DNA of 64,000 bases from Candidatus Vogelbacteria bacterium (GTDB lineage Bacteria > Patescibacteriota > Minisyncoccia > Phycocordibacterales > XYD1-FULL-46-19): the NCBI GenBank assembly GCA_903864935.1, contig CAIPHT010000017.1, positions 16,096-80,095 on the forward strand, in the 5' to 3' direction. The notes beneath the pieces were generated by a model. That model worked only from the letters and a program-made list of their open reading frames with translations, did no database searches and was not told the origin of the DNA. The position numbers and the translations under genes were made by a program. Numbering within the stretch: the first letter of the stretch is position 1; each line of letters begins with the position of its first letter. This document shows, in pieces, positions 18,731-25,982 of this stretch.

Positions 18731-18758
18731 AAAATGTCCAACATCCGATGTTGGACAT
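18731..18758. repeat. 29-nt palindrome copy 2 (AAAATGTCCAACAT-CCG-ATGTTGGACAT), downstream of the cassette and upstream of rpmG
   Basis: 25 nt identical to copy 1. Confidence 0.9.
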
Positions 18759-18780
18759 CTGAGGGACATTTTGGAGAATT

Positions 18781-18809
18781 TGCCTTTTTGGGCCTTTTCC
18801 TGTATAGTA
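18781..18809 (+). promoter_or_regulatory. candidate promoter TTGCCT, 17-nt spacer, TATAGT upstream of rpmG
   Basis: ttgcctttttgggccttttcctgtatagt. Spacing is canonical, but the -35 is a weak match. Confidence 0.35.
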
Positions 18810-18833
18810 AGACGGTCCTAAATATATATCATT

Positions 18834-18992
18834 ATGTCACAAGATTTTTTAATCAGATTAAGCTGTAAGACCTGCAAACGCATTAACTATTGGTCCAGCA
18901 AAAACAAGAAAAAAGTTGAGCGCAAGATTGAGCTCAAGAAATATTGTAAGTGGTGCAAAAAGAATACCACACACATCGAAACCAAGAAATAA
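18834..18992 (+). CDS. rpmG: 50S ribosomal protein L33 (zinc-ribbon form)
   Basis: 52-aa ORF MSQDFLIRLSCKTCKRINYWSSKNKKKVERKIELKKYCKWCKKNTTHIETKK. It has the C..C...C..C spacing and the LKKYC..C...THIETK signature of L33. Below the ORF-track length cut-off. Followed by a hairpin and T7 terminator at 18982-19008. Confidence 0.8.
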   Translation: MSQDFLIRLSCKTCKRINYWSSKNKKKVERKIELKKYCKWCKKNTTHIETKK

Positions 18993-19008
18993 GCCTCTTG
19001 GTTTTTTT
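18982..19008 (+). terminator. intrinsic terminator after rpmG: CCAAGA/TCTTGG stem plus TTTTTTT
   Basis: 6-bp stem, 8-nt loop, U7 tract. Confidence 0.5.
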
Positions 19009-19053
19009 GTTGCTTGCTTGGTTTTTAGTTTCTAAATAGTTTATACTTATAGA

Positions 19054-20385
19054 GTGGTAAATTATCGTCAAATAATTTATTTCCTTTTGTTAACTTTATT
19101 TTTTCTTTTTAATCCGTCTCCGGCTTTAGCCGATACGGCTTCTTCGCCCAGCTTCAATATGCTCGAAGGGGTGATTGCTCCGGCGGGTTATTCGGCTTCA
19201 AGCAATTTCAAACTAGATGGTCTCATTTCGCAATTTAGCATTGGGCCAAGTCAGGCTGTTGATTTTATCCTGAAGAGTGGTTTACTTTATTTCCCTATTA
19301 TCAGTACCCCTGTCGTTACGGCTTCGGCCGGTCCGGGCAAAGTCTCTCTCTCGTGGACACCGGCCACCGGGCTCCTTGGTTGGCGGGCGGGCGAATATAT
19401 CGTTGGTTGGTCAGACACTTCGGGCGGGCCTTATAATCTTGTTAGCGCGGGGACTGATCTTAGCTACACTAAGGCGGGTCTAGGTAATAATAGCCCTTAT
19501 TATTTTGTGATTAAAGTTAAGGATATGTTGGGTAATGATGTGGCCACTTCTACCGAGGTCTCGGCAACCCCGGTCCCTAATAATGACAATGGGGGAGGCG
19601 GTGGTGGCGGTGGCGGAGGTGGTAGTGGCTCTGGTCGTGTCTCAGGAGCGGGGGCAACATTTAGGGGGCGAGCTTTCCCCAACAGTGACGTGTCGCTCTT
19701 CCGTGATGGACAATTCGTCGCCACCACCAAAGCGGGGCCCGATGCTAATTTTGAAATTTCTGTCGCCAGTCTTGCCGCTGGTCTTTATAATTTTGGTGTG
19801 AATTCGACCGATAATTCTGGCCGGCAATCTTTAATTCAAACTTTCCCCGTGACCTTAACGGAGGGAGCCTCAGTGGTTGTTAGTGGTATTTTCATCGCCC
19901 CGTCAATCTCAGTGGATAAACAGGAGGTGAAGCAGGGTGATAATATTGCCATTTTCGGTCAGAGTATTCCCGATGGCAAAGTGACAATTGCCGTGAATTC
20001 GGAGAAACAAATTTTTGCTCAAGCCTCGACCGACAAATCTGGTGTTTACTTATACAATCTCGATACGGTAGTGTTGGAGATGGGGGGTCACACGGCCAAA
20101 TCTAAGGCGGCCTTGGTCAATGAGGTAAGCCCCTTTGGCCCGACAGCCGGCTTCAAGGTAGGGACGGAGAATATTTTGTTAGATCAAGCAGCGAAGAAAT
20201 GTCCGGCTAAAGGCGACCTGAATGGTGATTGTAAGGTTAATTTGATCGATTTCTCGATTGCTGCTTACTGGTACAAGCGACCACTCTCGGCCACCTTCCT
20301 CGCGCTGGAGAAGACTAAATTAAATGGTGACGGCAAACTCAATCTTACTGACTTCAGTATCATGGCGTATTATTGGTCGAAGTAA
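19054..20385 (+). CDS. Secreted protein with an FN3-like module, a poly-Gly linker, an Ig-like domain and a C-terminal dockerin-like duplicated calcium-binding loop.
   Basis: N-terminal signal or anchor (IIYFLLLTLFFLFNPSPALA). GGGGGGGGGGGSGSG linker. The C-terminus has two copies of the D-x-N-x-D-G-x-x-N-x-x-D loop (GDLNGDCKVNLIDFSIAAYW and KLNGDGKLNLTDFSIMAYYW), as in type I dockerins. Confidence 0.65.
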   Translation: MVNYRQIIYFLLLTLFFLFNPSPALADTASSPSFNMLEGVIAPAGYSASSNFKLDGLISQFSIGPSQAVDFILKSGLLYFPIISTPVVTASAGPGKVSLSWTPATGLLGWRAGEYIVGWSDTSGGPYNLVSAGTDLSYTKAGLGNNSPYYFVIKVKDMLGNDVATSTEVSATPVPNNDNGGGGGGGGGGGSGSGRVSGAGATFRGRAFPNSDVSLFRDGQFVATTKAGPDANFEISVASLAAGLYNFGVNSTDNSGRQSLIQTFPVTLTEGASVVVSGIFIAPSISVDKQEVKQGDNIAIFGQSIPDGKVTIAVNSEKQIFAQASTDKSGVYLYNLDTVVLEMGGHTAKSKAALVNEVSPFGPTAGFKVGTENILLDQAAKKCPAKGDLNGDCKVNLIDFSIAAYWYKRPLSATFLALEKTKLNGDGKLNLTDFSIMAYYWSK

Positions 20386-20417
20386 TAAAATTAACCTAAT
20401 TACTAAAAAAAATTCCA

Positions 20418-21365
20418 ATGACCCAAATTTCAAAATTTTTTAGACATTGTATTTTTGGCGCTTATTTAGGTCAATTAGAAATTAGAATAATTAGAAATTA
20501 TTTTCTGATCATTGTTTTGTTTTCATTTTTTCTGGCTACCCCCGCTCTTGCCCTAGACATCTTCCTCTTCCCCGCTCAGCCTGAATTAAGCAACGATAGC
20601 CTTGTCGTCTCCTTCGGTCTTGATACTGGCGCGGATAAGATCAATGCCGTTTCGGGCGAATTATCATATGATGTGAGCAAATTAGAACTGGTCACGACTT
20701 CTAATGCCAACTCTTTTATCTCTCTCTGGCTTGAAGCACCCAATACTAAGACGGCTGGCTCGGTTTCTTTCTCGGGTATCGCTCCAGGTGGTTTTGCCGG
20801 ACAGGGGAAAATTATTTCGCTTATTTTCAAATCTAAGACAGGGGAGCATGAGGCCTTAAATTTTGTTCATATTAAAAATGTCGAGATCCTCAAGAACGAC
20901 GGCACCGGTAGTCCTATTGCAACTAAAATTATTTCTCCCAGCGCTAGTTTGATAAGCTCTCTTGATGTATCGAGTGCTTCTGACAATAGCGCGCCCGAAC
21001 TCTTCAAACCAATTTTAAGTAAGAATGATCCGCTTCTTGGCAATCAGTCTTATCTCATCTTCAGCACCACTGATAAGGGTTCAGGTGTGGATAAGTATTT
21101 TGTTGCCGAGACTAAGTCGCGTCTCAATATCCATAATGCCGAGTCTCTCTCCGCTGCCATGTGGCAAGAAGCAGAGAGCCCATATCTCCTGCAAGACCAG
21201 TCTCTCTCGAGTTATGTCTATGTGAAGGCGGTGGATAGGGCTGGTAACGCCCTCGTCGTGGAGCTTGATCAAGGTAAAAATATTTATCAATTCTGGTGGT
21301 TCTGGGTTATAATTATAGTGGCGCTTATTGGCGTATGTCTTTGGTTAAAAAGAAAGTTTTTCTAA
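20418..21365 (+). CDS. membrane protein with a cohesin-like beta-sandwich domain and an Ig-like domain (paralog 1 of 3); the start is uncertain
   Basis: A domain of about 140 aa is shared with the 21335 and 22863 genes (..SGELSYDVSKLELV...GSVSFSGIAPGG...ISLIFKSKTGE..NDGTG). C-terminal TM (FWWFWVIIIVALIGVCLWL). The 19-nt upstream motif TAGGTCAATTAGAAATTAG lies inside the annotated N-terminus at 20467-20485, so the true start may be further downstream. Confidence 0.5.
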   Translation: MTQISKFFRHCIFGAYLGQLEIRIIRNYFLIIVLFSFFLATPALALDIFLFPAQPELSNDSLVVSFGLDTGADKINAVSGELSYDVSKLELVTTSNANSFISLWLEAPNTKTAGSVSFSGIAPGGFAGQGKIISLIFKSKTGEHEALNFVHIKNVEILKNDGTGSPIATKIISPSASLISSLDVSSASDNSAPELFKPILSKNDPLLGNQSYLIFSTTDKGSGVDKYFVAETKSRLNIHNAESLSAAMWQEAESPYLLQDQSLSSYVYVKAVDRAGNALVVELDQGKNIYQFWWFWVIIIVALIGVCLWLKRKFF

Positions 21366-22723
21366 TAGCTCTGTTTGTCACCTTAGGCCTTTTGGCGTGT
21401 CCGGGGGCTTCTGTGTGGGCCGCCGATTTTGGAATCTCTTCGCCGAAGAATACTTATGAGGTAGGGGAGACAATCCCCATTAAAATTTATGTCGCGAGTC
21501 CCGCCGAGGCCTCCAACGCCGTCTCGGGTGTGGTAAGTTTTCCTAATAATAGATTACAGGCTACCTCTCTGGCCAAGACCGGCTCCGTCGTTAATATGTG
21601 GGTCCAAGAACCAGCCCACTTTAACGCTGACGGCCAAGTTAATTTTGAGGGCGTAATTTTGAACCCGGGGTACAAGGGGAGTGCGGGCACAATTCTAACC
21701 ATTAATTTTAAAGCGCTCACGACCGGTACCGCTAAATTAAGTTTTGCCAACGGTTCTATCTTGGCCAATGATGGTGAGGGGACTAATATTTTGAAAAAAT
21801 TGGGGCAAATTTCTCTCACCATAGTCCCCGCTTCAGGGTTAAAAGTGTCCCCTGTCTCTCCTAATAAAACTGTCTCCAACAAGCCTCTAATAGCGACGAC
21901 TACCCTGCAAATAGACACCACACCACCCGAGCAATTAGCCATCGTTGAGATTGAGTCGACGAATTCTAAGCGTGCCCGTTTCTCTTTCTCGGCGAGCGAT
22001 TATCTCTCTGGCGTTGATTATTATGAGTTCAGTGTTGATGACTTGATCACTGGTCGCTTACCTTATGGCTCGAACGTCTATGAGACTACCGATCAAACTT
22101 CTGGTTCACATCGCCTTAAGATTAGTGTCTTCGACAAGGCGGGTAACGAGACCTCGCAAACAATTAATTTTGAAATCAAGCGAGAGACTTTCTTCGGTCT
22201 TGGGTCAATTTTCTCTGGCAATGGCAGTGTGATTGTGCTTGTTGTGGTGGGTGGCTTAATCTTGCTCTTAATCCTTATTATTTTACTCGTCCTTCTTAAG
22301 AGTCTTCGTCGCTTGTTCGTTCTCGAACGCGAATTAACTCAAGCGAAGACGGGGGCTTCTTCGCCCGTTGTCGCCGAGAGCCCAGCTATCAAGCCATATC
22401 AAGAAGCCTTACCGAGCACAGCCAAAATTCTCTTCCGTGGGCGCTCCGAAGCGACGCAGGCCGTGGTCTTATTGCGCAACGGACAGATTGTGGCTGAGAC
22501 CAAGCCAGGCGCTGATAATATCTTTGAATTTACTTTAGACAATTTGCCGGCCGGCTTCCAACACTTCGCACTTGTCGCGCTCGAGGCCATTGGCAATCCT
22601 ACGCTCACGCAAGATTATCCGGTGATGCTCTCGGCCGGTGCTTCAATTGTTGTCTCAGGTGTCGAGATTAAATTACCAAGTATCCCCAAAAAAGATTTTA
22701 ATTATTCTGAACCTAATGTATAA
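21335..22723 (+). CDS. Membrane protein (paralog 2) with a signal peptide, a cohesin-like domain, an Ig-like domain, a TM helix and a C-terminal beta-sandwich domain homologous to the middle of the 19054 protein.
   Basis: The ATG at 21335 (MSLVKKKVFLIALFVTLGLLA) is chosen over the GTG at 21296. The domain FGISSPKNTYEVGETIPIKIYV...TILTINFKALTTGTAKLSFANGSILANDGEGTNIL parallels the 22863 protein. After the TM, the segment FRGRSEATQAVVLLRNGQIVAETKPGADNIFEF... aligns with FRGRAFPNSDVSLFRDGQFVATTKAGPDANFEI... of the 19054 protein. Confidence 0.55.
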   Translation: MSLVKKKVFLIALFVTLGLLACPGASVWAADFGISSPKNTYEVGETIPIKIYVASPAEASNAVSGVVSFPNNRLQATSLAKTGSVVNMWVQEPAHFNADGQVNFEGVILNPGYKGSAGTILTINFKALTTGTAKLSFANGSILANDGEGTNILKKLGQISLTIVPASGLKVSPVSPNKTVSNKPLIATTTLQIDTTPPEQLAIVEIESTNSKRARFSFSASDYLSGVDYYEFSVDDLITGRLPYGSNVYETTDQTSGSHRLKISVFDKAGNETSQTINFEIKRETFFGLGSIFSGNGSVIVLVVVGGLILLLILIILLVLLKSLRRLFVLERELTQAKTGASSPVVAESPAIKPYQEALPSTAKILFRGRSEATQAVVLLRNGQIVAETKPGADNIFEFTLDNLPAGFQHFALVALEAIGNPTLTQDYPVMLSAGASIVVSGVEIKLPSIPKKDFNYSEPNV

Positions 22724-22862
22724 TTGAAGAGAAGATAAAAATTAATCTAATTACTAATTTCTAATTAACCTAAAAAAATAACCAATAACCAAAATTTAGA
22801 AATTGGGATTTGGAATTTGTTTAGAAATTAGAGTAATTAGGTCAATTAGAAATTAAGTAATA

Positions 22863-24341
22863 ATGAATTGGAAATTTAAAATTACACTCGTCTTGCTTGC
22901 TGTCATGTTGGCTTCTCCCGCTTTCGCCGCTGATCTTAAAGTTAGCGTTAGCAAGAGCGAAGTTGTCGTGGGCGAATTAATTACGGTGCGCATCATTGTG
23001 AGCACCCCCGATCAGGCGGCCAATGCCCTCTCGGGCGTCCTTAATTTTAATCCGAGCAAATTACAAGTCGTCTCTCTGTCTAAGTCTGGCTCCGTCGTTA
23101 ACCTTTGGGTGACCGAGCCGGATTTTTCTAATGCTAAGGGGCAAGTCTCTTTTGAGGGGGCTATTTTGAACCCCGGCTTCACGGGGAGTGCGGGCACAGC
23201 CCTTACTATCAATTTCAAGGCTAAGGAGACAGGCTCGGCCACCATCTCTTTTGCCAACGGCTCGGTCTTGGCCAATGATGGCTCAGGGACGAGTATTTTA
23301 AACAAACTCGGCCAGGCCATTATCTCTATCAAAGCTTTGGCGCCCAAAGTAGAGCCGGTAGTAGAAGAAGAACCAGTTGTGGCCCCAACTCCCGCCCCTG
23401 AAGTTAAGAAATCAACAACGGTACCGGGAGCTCCAGTTATCTCTTCGACAACTCACTTCGATCAGACTCGGTGGTATAACAATCGTTTCCCTAAATTCTC
23501 TTGGACTCTTCCCGATGATGTCACGGACGTTAGCTTCTTGTTTAATGATGAGAAATTGGCGACACCGGGGACTAAGAGCGATGGCCTCTTTGATGATTAT
23601 ACGGCCGACAACGAGGTGCCAGACGGTGTGTGGTACTTCCACCTTCGCCTCAAGAATAGTAAGGGCTGGGGGCCATCAGCGACCTTCGCTATCCATGTTG
23701 ATGGGACAGTACCGAACCGTTTAGAGGTTGAGGAGAAGAAATTAAGCGATCTTAATTATAAAACCAGTTTTATTTTTGACGGTACCGACGAGCTCTCAGG
23801 TCTCTCTCAATACGAATTTATTATTGATGACCTTAAGCCCGAGATAATACCCGCCGACAAGTCTCATGTCTACGAGACACCAGCGCTCTCTTCTGGCCAT
23901 CACACCTTAGTGGCCCGCGCGGTTGACCAAGCCGGTAACAAATTAGAGAAGAAGATTGAGTTCGAGATAATCTCTCCGCTTACCAAGGCCTCGCTTTATC
24001 GTTGGGGCAATGAACTTGTCATAATTTTGTCAGTCCTTATCCCACTTATTCTCCTCCTTTTAGCTTTAATTTATATTCTCATCATCGGCAGTCGCAAAAT
24101 TGCCAAGCTTAAGCGTAGTCTGCGTCAAGAAGTCAACGAGGTAGAGGAACATTTGCATCAAGCCTTTGACTTCATCCGTGATGATTTGCGTGAGCAAGTG
24201 AAATTGATTGAGAAGACGAAGGGCAAGCGCAAACTTACCTTGCTAGAGAACAAAATTATGCGCAAATTGCGCACCAATCTCACCGAAACCGAGAAATATA
24301 TCAAGAAAGACATTGAAGAAATTACGGAAAAAATCAAGTAA
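22863..24341 (+). CDS. Membrane protein (paralog 3) with a signal peptide, a cohesin-like domain, an Ig-like domain, a TM helix and a charged coiled-coil cytoplasmic tail.
   Basis: The N-terminal domain is about 50 percent identical by eye to the 21335 protein. Pro/Val/Glu-rich linker. Ig-like segment with the Y.S.D.AGN motif. TM (LVIILSVLIPLILLLLALIYILII), then a K/E-rich tail. The motif TAGGTCAATTAGAAATTAAG lies immediately upstream. Confidence 0.6.
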   Translation: MNWKFKITLVLLAVMLASPAFAADLKVSVSKSEVVVGELITVRIIVSTPDQAANALSGVLNFNPSKLQVVSLSKSGSVVNLWVTEPDFSNAKGQVSFEGAILNPGFTGSAGTALTINFKAKETGSATISFANGSVLANDGSGTSILNKLGQAIISIKALAPKVEPVVEEEPVVAPTPAPEVKKSTTVPGAPVISSTTHFDQTRWYNNRFPKFSWTLPDDVTDVSFLFNDEKLATPGTKSDGLFDDYTADNEVPDGVWYFHLRLKNSKGWGPSATFAIHVDGTVPNRLEVEEKKLSDLNYKTSFIFDGTDELSGLSQYEFIIDDLKPEIIPADKSHVYETPALSSGHHTLVARAVDQAGNKLEKKIEFEIISPLTKASLYRWGNELVIILSVLIPLILLLLALIYILIIGSRKIAKLKRSLRQEVNEVEEHLHQAFDFIRDDLREQVKLIEKTKGKRKLTLLENKIMRKLRTNLTETEKYIKKDIEEITEKIK

Positions 24342-24398
24342 AATTGACCTAAAATTGTTGATTTTTGCCTTTTGATTTGCCAATGTTATAATAGCCCT

Positions 24399-24776
24399 AT
24401 GGCCCCTAAAAAAACTATGACAATTGAAGATTTGGCTAAGTTAATGAAGCAAGGCTTCTCTAAAGCTGATACAGACACCGATAAAAAAATCGATAACTTA
24501 GCTGTTGCAATGCAAAAAGGCTTTGCTAAGGCCGAGAAAGATACCGATAAAAAAATCGATAACTTAGCGGTTATGGTTCAGCAAGGTTTTGAAGAAGTTC
24601 ATGCCGATATTTCCGATCTCAAGACCGACATTTCTCGTTTGGATGGAAGAATGGACAACATTGAGACCCGAATGGATAGCCTCGAACTTAAAATTGATGG
24701 CGTGAGAAGCATCATTGTTGTCGAGCATGGCAAGAGAATTGAGAAGCTCGAAAAGGCAGTTTTTCTTGGCCATTAG
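24399..24776 (+). CDS. small coiled-coil protein with an internal 22-aa tandem repeat (TDKKIDNLAV.MQ.GF); likely leaderless
   Basis: The ATG at 24399 lies 6 nt after a TGn-TATAAT box (24384-24392). The nucleotide repeat gatac(c/a)gataaaaaaatcgataacttagc occurs twice, 66 nt apart. Confidence 0.5.
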   Translation: MAPKKTMTIEDLAKLMKQGFSKADTDTDKKIDNLAVAMQKGFAKAEKDTDKKIDNLAVMVQQGFEEVHADISDLKTDISRLDGRMDNIETRMDSLELKIDGVRSIIVVEHGKRIEKLEKAVFLGH

Positions 24777-24778
24777 AA

Positions 24779-24799
24779 CTTAGAGGCTTCGCCTCTAAG
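24779..24799. repeat. REP-like palindrome, family 1, copy a: CTTAGAGGC-TTC-GCCTCTAAG
   Basis: Perfect 9-bp arms with a 3-nt loop, 2 nt after the stop of the 24399 gene. Confidence 0.9.
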
Positions 24800-24812
24800 T
24801 GAAGTTGTTTTT

Positions 24813-25193
24813 ATGAAAATCATAAAAGAAGGGAACGAGCTAGTTCTAAGGCTCCCCTTGTTACAAAAAGAGAATAATTTCTATAAAGGGGAGGAAGATT
24901 TAATTGATACCCAAAACTTAATTGGGGTTGTTTCCGGTAATGAATATACTATTTCTCAATTGAATGATCTTTCTTATAAAGGTGACCAACAAGAAGGTAT
25001 GCCGATTATCTATTTCTCAAGCAAAGAAGAACTAAAAGAAGCTTGTAAAACCTGTGGAATTGACATCTGGGAACACCCACTCTGTGCTTATTGTGGAAAA
25101 GTTATCAGAGGAAGCTCTACTTGGGCGAGCAAAGGTACCCAATGTTGGGATTGTTCTAATTTAGAGAACTTAGAGGCTTCGCCTCTAAGTTGA
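24813..25193 (+). CDS. hypothetical protein with a C-terminal Cys-rich zinc-ribbon-like segment; its stop codon is embedded in REP1 copy b
   Basis: 126 aa. C-terminus CKTCG..(11 aa)..CAYCGK..(12 aa)..CWDCSN. The last codons (LEASPLS) are encoded by the palindrome. Confidence 0.5.
   Translation: MKIIKEGNELVLRLPLLQKENNFYKGEEDLIDTQNLIGVVSGNEYTISQLNDLSYKGDQQEGMPIIYFSSKEELKEACKTCGIDIWEHPLCAYCGKVIRGSSTWASKGTQCWDCSNLENLEASPLS
25169..25189. repeat. REP-like palindrome, family 1, copy b (identical to copy a)
   Basis: cttagaggcttcgcctctaag. Overlaps the 3' end of the 24813 CDS and sits 24 nt upstream of the transposase ATG. Confidence 0.9.
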
Positions 25194-25212
25194 TAAGTAT
25201 AAACAAAAACAA

Positions 25213-25878
25213 ATGGCTCAAAGAAAAGTCGAGTTTGCAATTGGAGAGTACTATCATATCTACAATCGAGGGGTTGAGGGTCGGTGTATTTTTGCTGACC
25301 AGAAAGATCTGGCTCATTTTGCGCAAAGTGTCGAAGAGTTTAATGGAAACAATGTGGTCGGAGGCCTGTATATGGGCTCTTTTAAGAAACACAAAGAGAG
25401 GGGAGAGAAATTGGTAAATATAATTTGTTACGCTTTTAACCCTAATCATTACCACTTTTTAATGACCCCGTTGGTTGATAAAGGGATAGAAAATTTTATG
25501 CAAAGGCTTGGTACGGGTCACGCTATGTTTTTTAATAATCAACACAAAAGGAAGGGCCGATTGTTTCAAGGGGTTTTCAAATCTGTTCATGTTGGTTCAA
25601 ATAGACAGCTTTTGCATGCGAGTGTTTATGTTAATCTTAACGATAAAATCCACCAAATCGGAGGCGAAGCCTCTAAGTTGGTAAAGACAAGTTGGGGTAG
25701 TTATTCTTCGAATTCTTCAAAAAAGAGAGACTTTTTGCTTGGTGACACCAGTATTATTACCGATCAATTTAAAAATTTTCAAGAATATAAAAAATTTGCT
25801 GAAGAAATTTTGCCTGATATTATTGCCCGCAAAAAATCTCTAAAAGAGCTTGAAGAATTGATGTTGGATGAGAATTAA
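25213..25878 (+). CDS. HuH-family tyrosine transposase of the IS200/REP-associated (RAYT-like) type, copy 1
   Basis: N-terminal IGEYYHIYNRGVEGR. HuH motif NPNHYHFLM. RKGRLFQGVF. Tyr-containing segment ASVYVNLN, then WGSYSS. Paralogous to the 42223 gene. Flanked by family-1 palindromes, with a degenerate copy (GAGGCGAAGCCTCTAAG at 25662-25678) inside the CDS. Confidence 0.75.
   Translation: MAQRKVEFAIGEYYHIYNRGVEGRCIFADQKDLAHFAQSVEEFNGNNVVGGLYMGSFKKHKERGEKLVNIICYAFNPNHYHFLMTPLVDKGIENFMQRLGTGHAMFFNNQHKRKGRLFQGVFKSVHVGSNRQLLHASVYVNLNDKIHQIGGEASKLVKTSWGSYSSNSSKKRDFLLGDTSIITDQFKNFQEYKKFAEEILPDIIARKKSLKELEELMLDEN
25662..25678. repeat. degenerate REP1 copy (3' arm and loop only) inside the transposase CDS
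   Basis: ggaggcgaagcctctaag, encoding IGGEASKLV. Confidence 0.6.
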
Positions 25879-25882
25879 TCAC

Positions 25883-25903
25883 TTAGAGGCGAAGCCTCTA
25901 AGT
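25883..25903. repeat. REP-like palindrome, family 1, copy d: CTTAGAGGC-GAA-GCCTCTAAG, i.e. the opposite orientation
   Basis: Exact reverse complement of copies a and b, 5 nt after the transposase stop. Confidence 0.9.
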
Positions 25904-25937
25904 TGTAGAAATTTCCCCCTGACTTATCCACTTTTTT

Positions 25938-25962
25938 ATCGCTAAATATAGCGATTTTTTTG
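25938..25962 (+). terminator. hairpin ATCGCTA-aata-TAGCGAT plus T7; -10 box TATAAT at 25964-25969 directly after
   Basis: 7-bp stem then a U-tract. The giant-gene ATG is 14 nt after the -10, so that gene is probably leaderless or nearly so. Confidence 0.5.
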
Positions 25963-25982
25963 GTATAATATAAGCAAACTTT

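Noticed and set aside
18731-18758. The 29-nt palindrome upstream of rpmG as a Zur box regulating a zinc-ribbon L33
   Set aside because: The sequence does not resemble known Zur operators (TAAATCGTAAT-N-ATTACGATTTA type), and the identical palindrome also sits in the leader of an unrelated secreted-protein gene.
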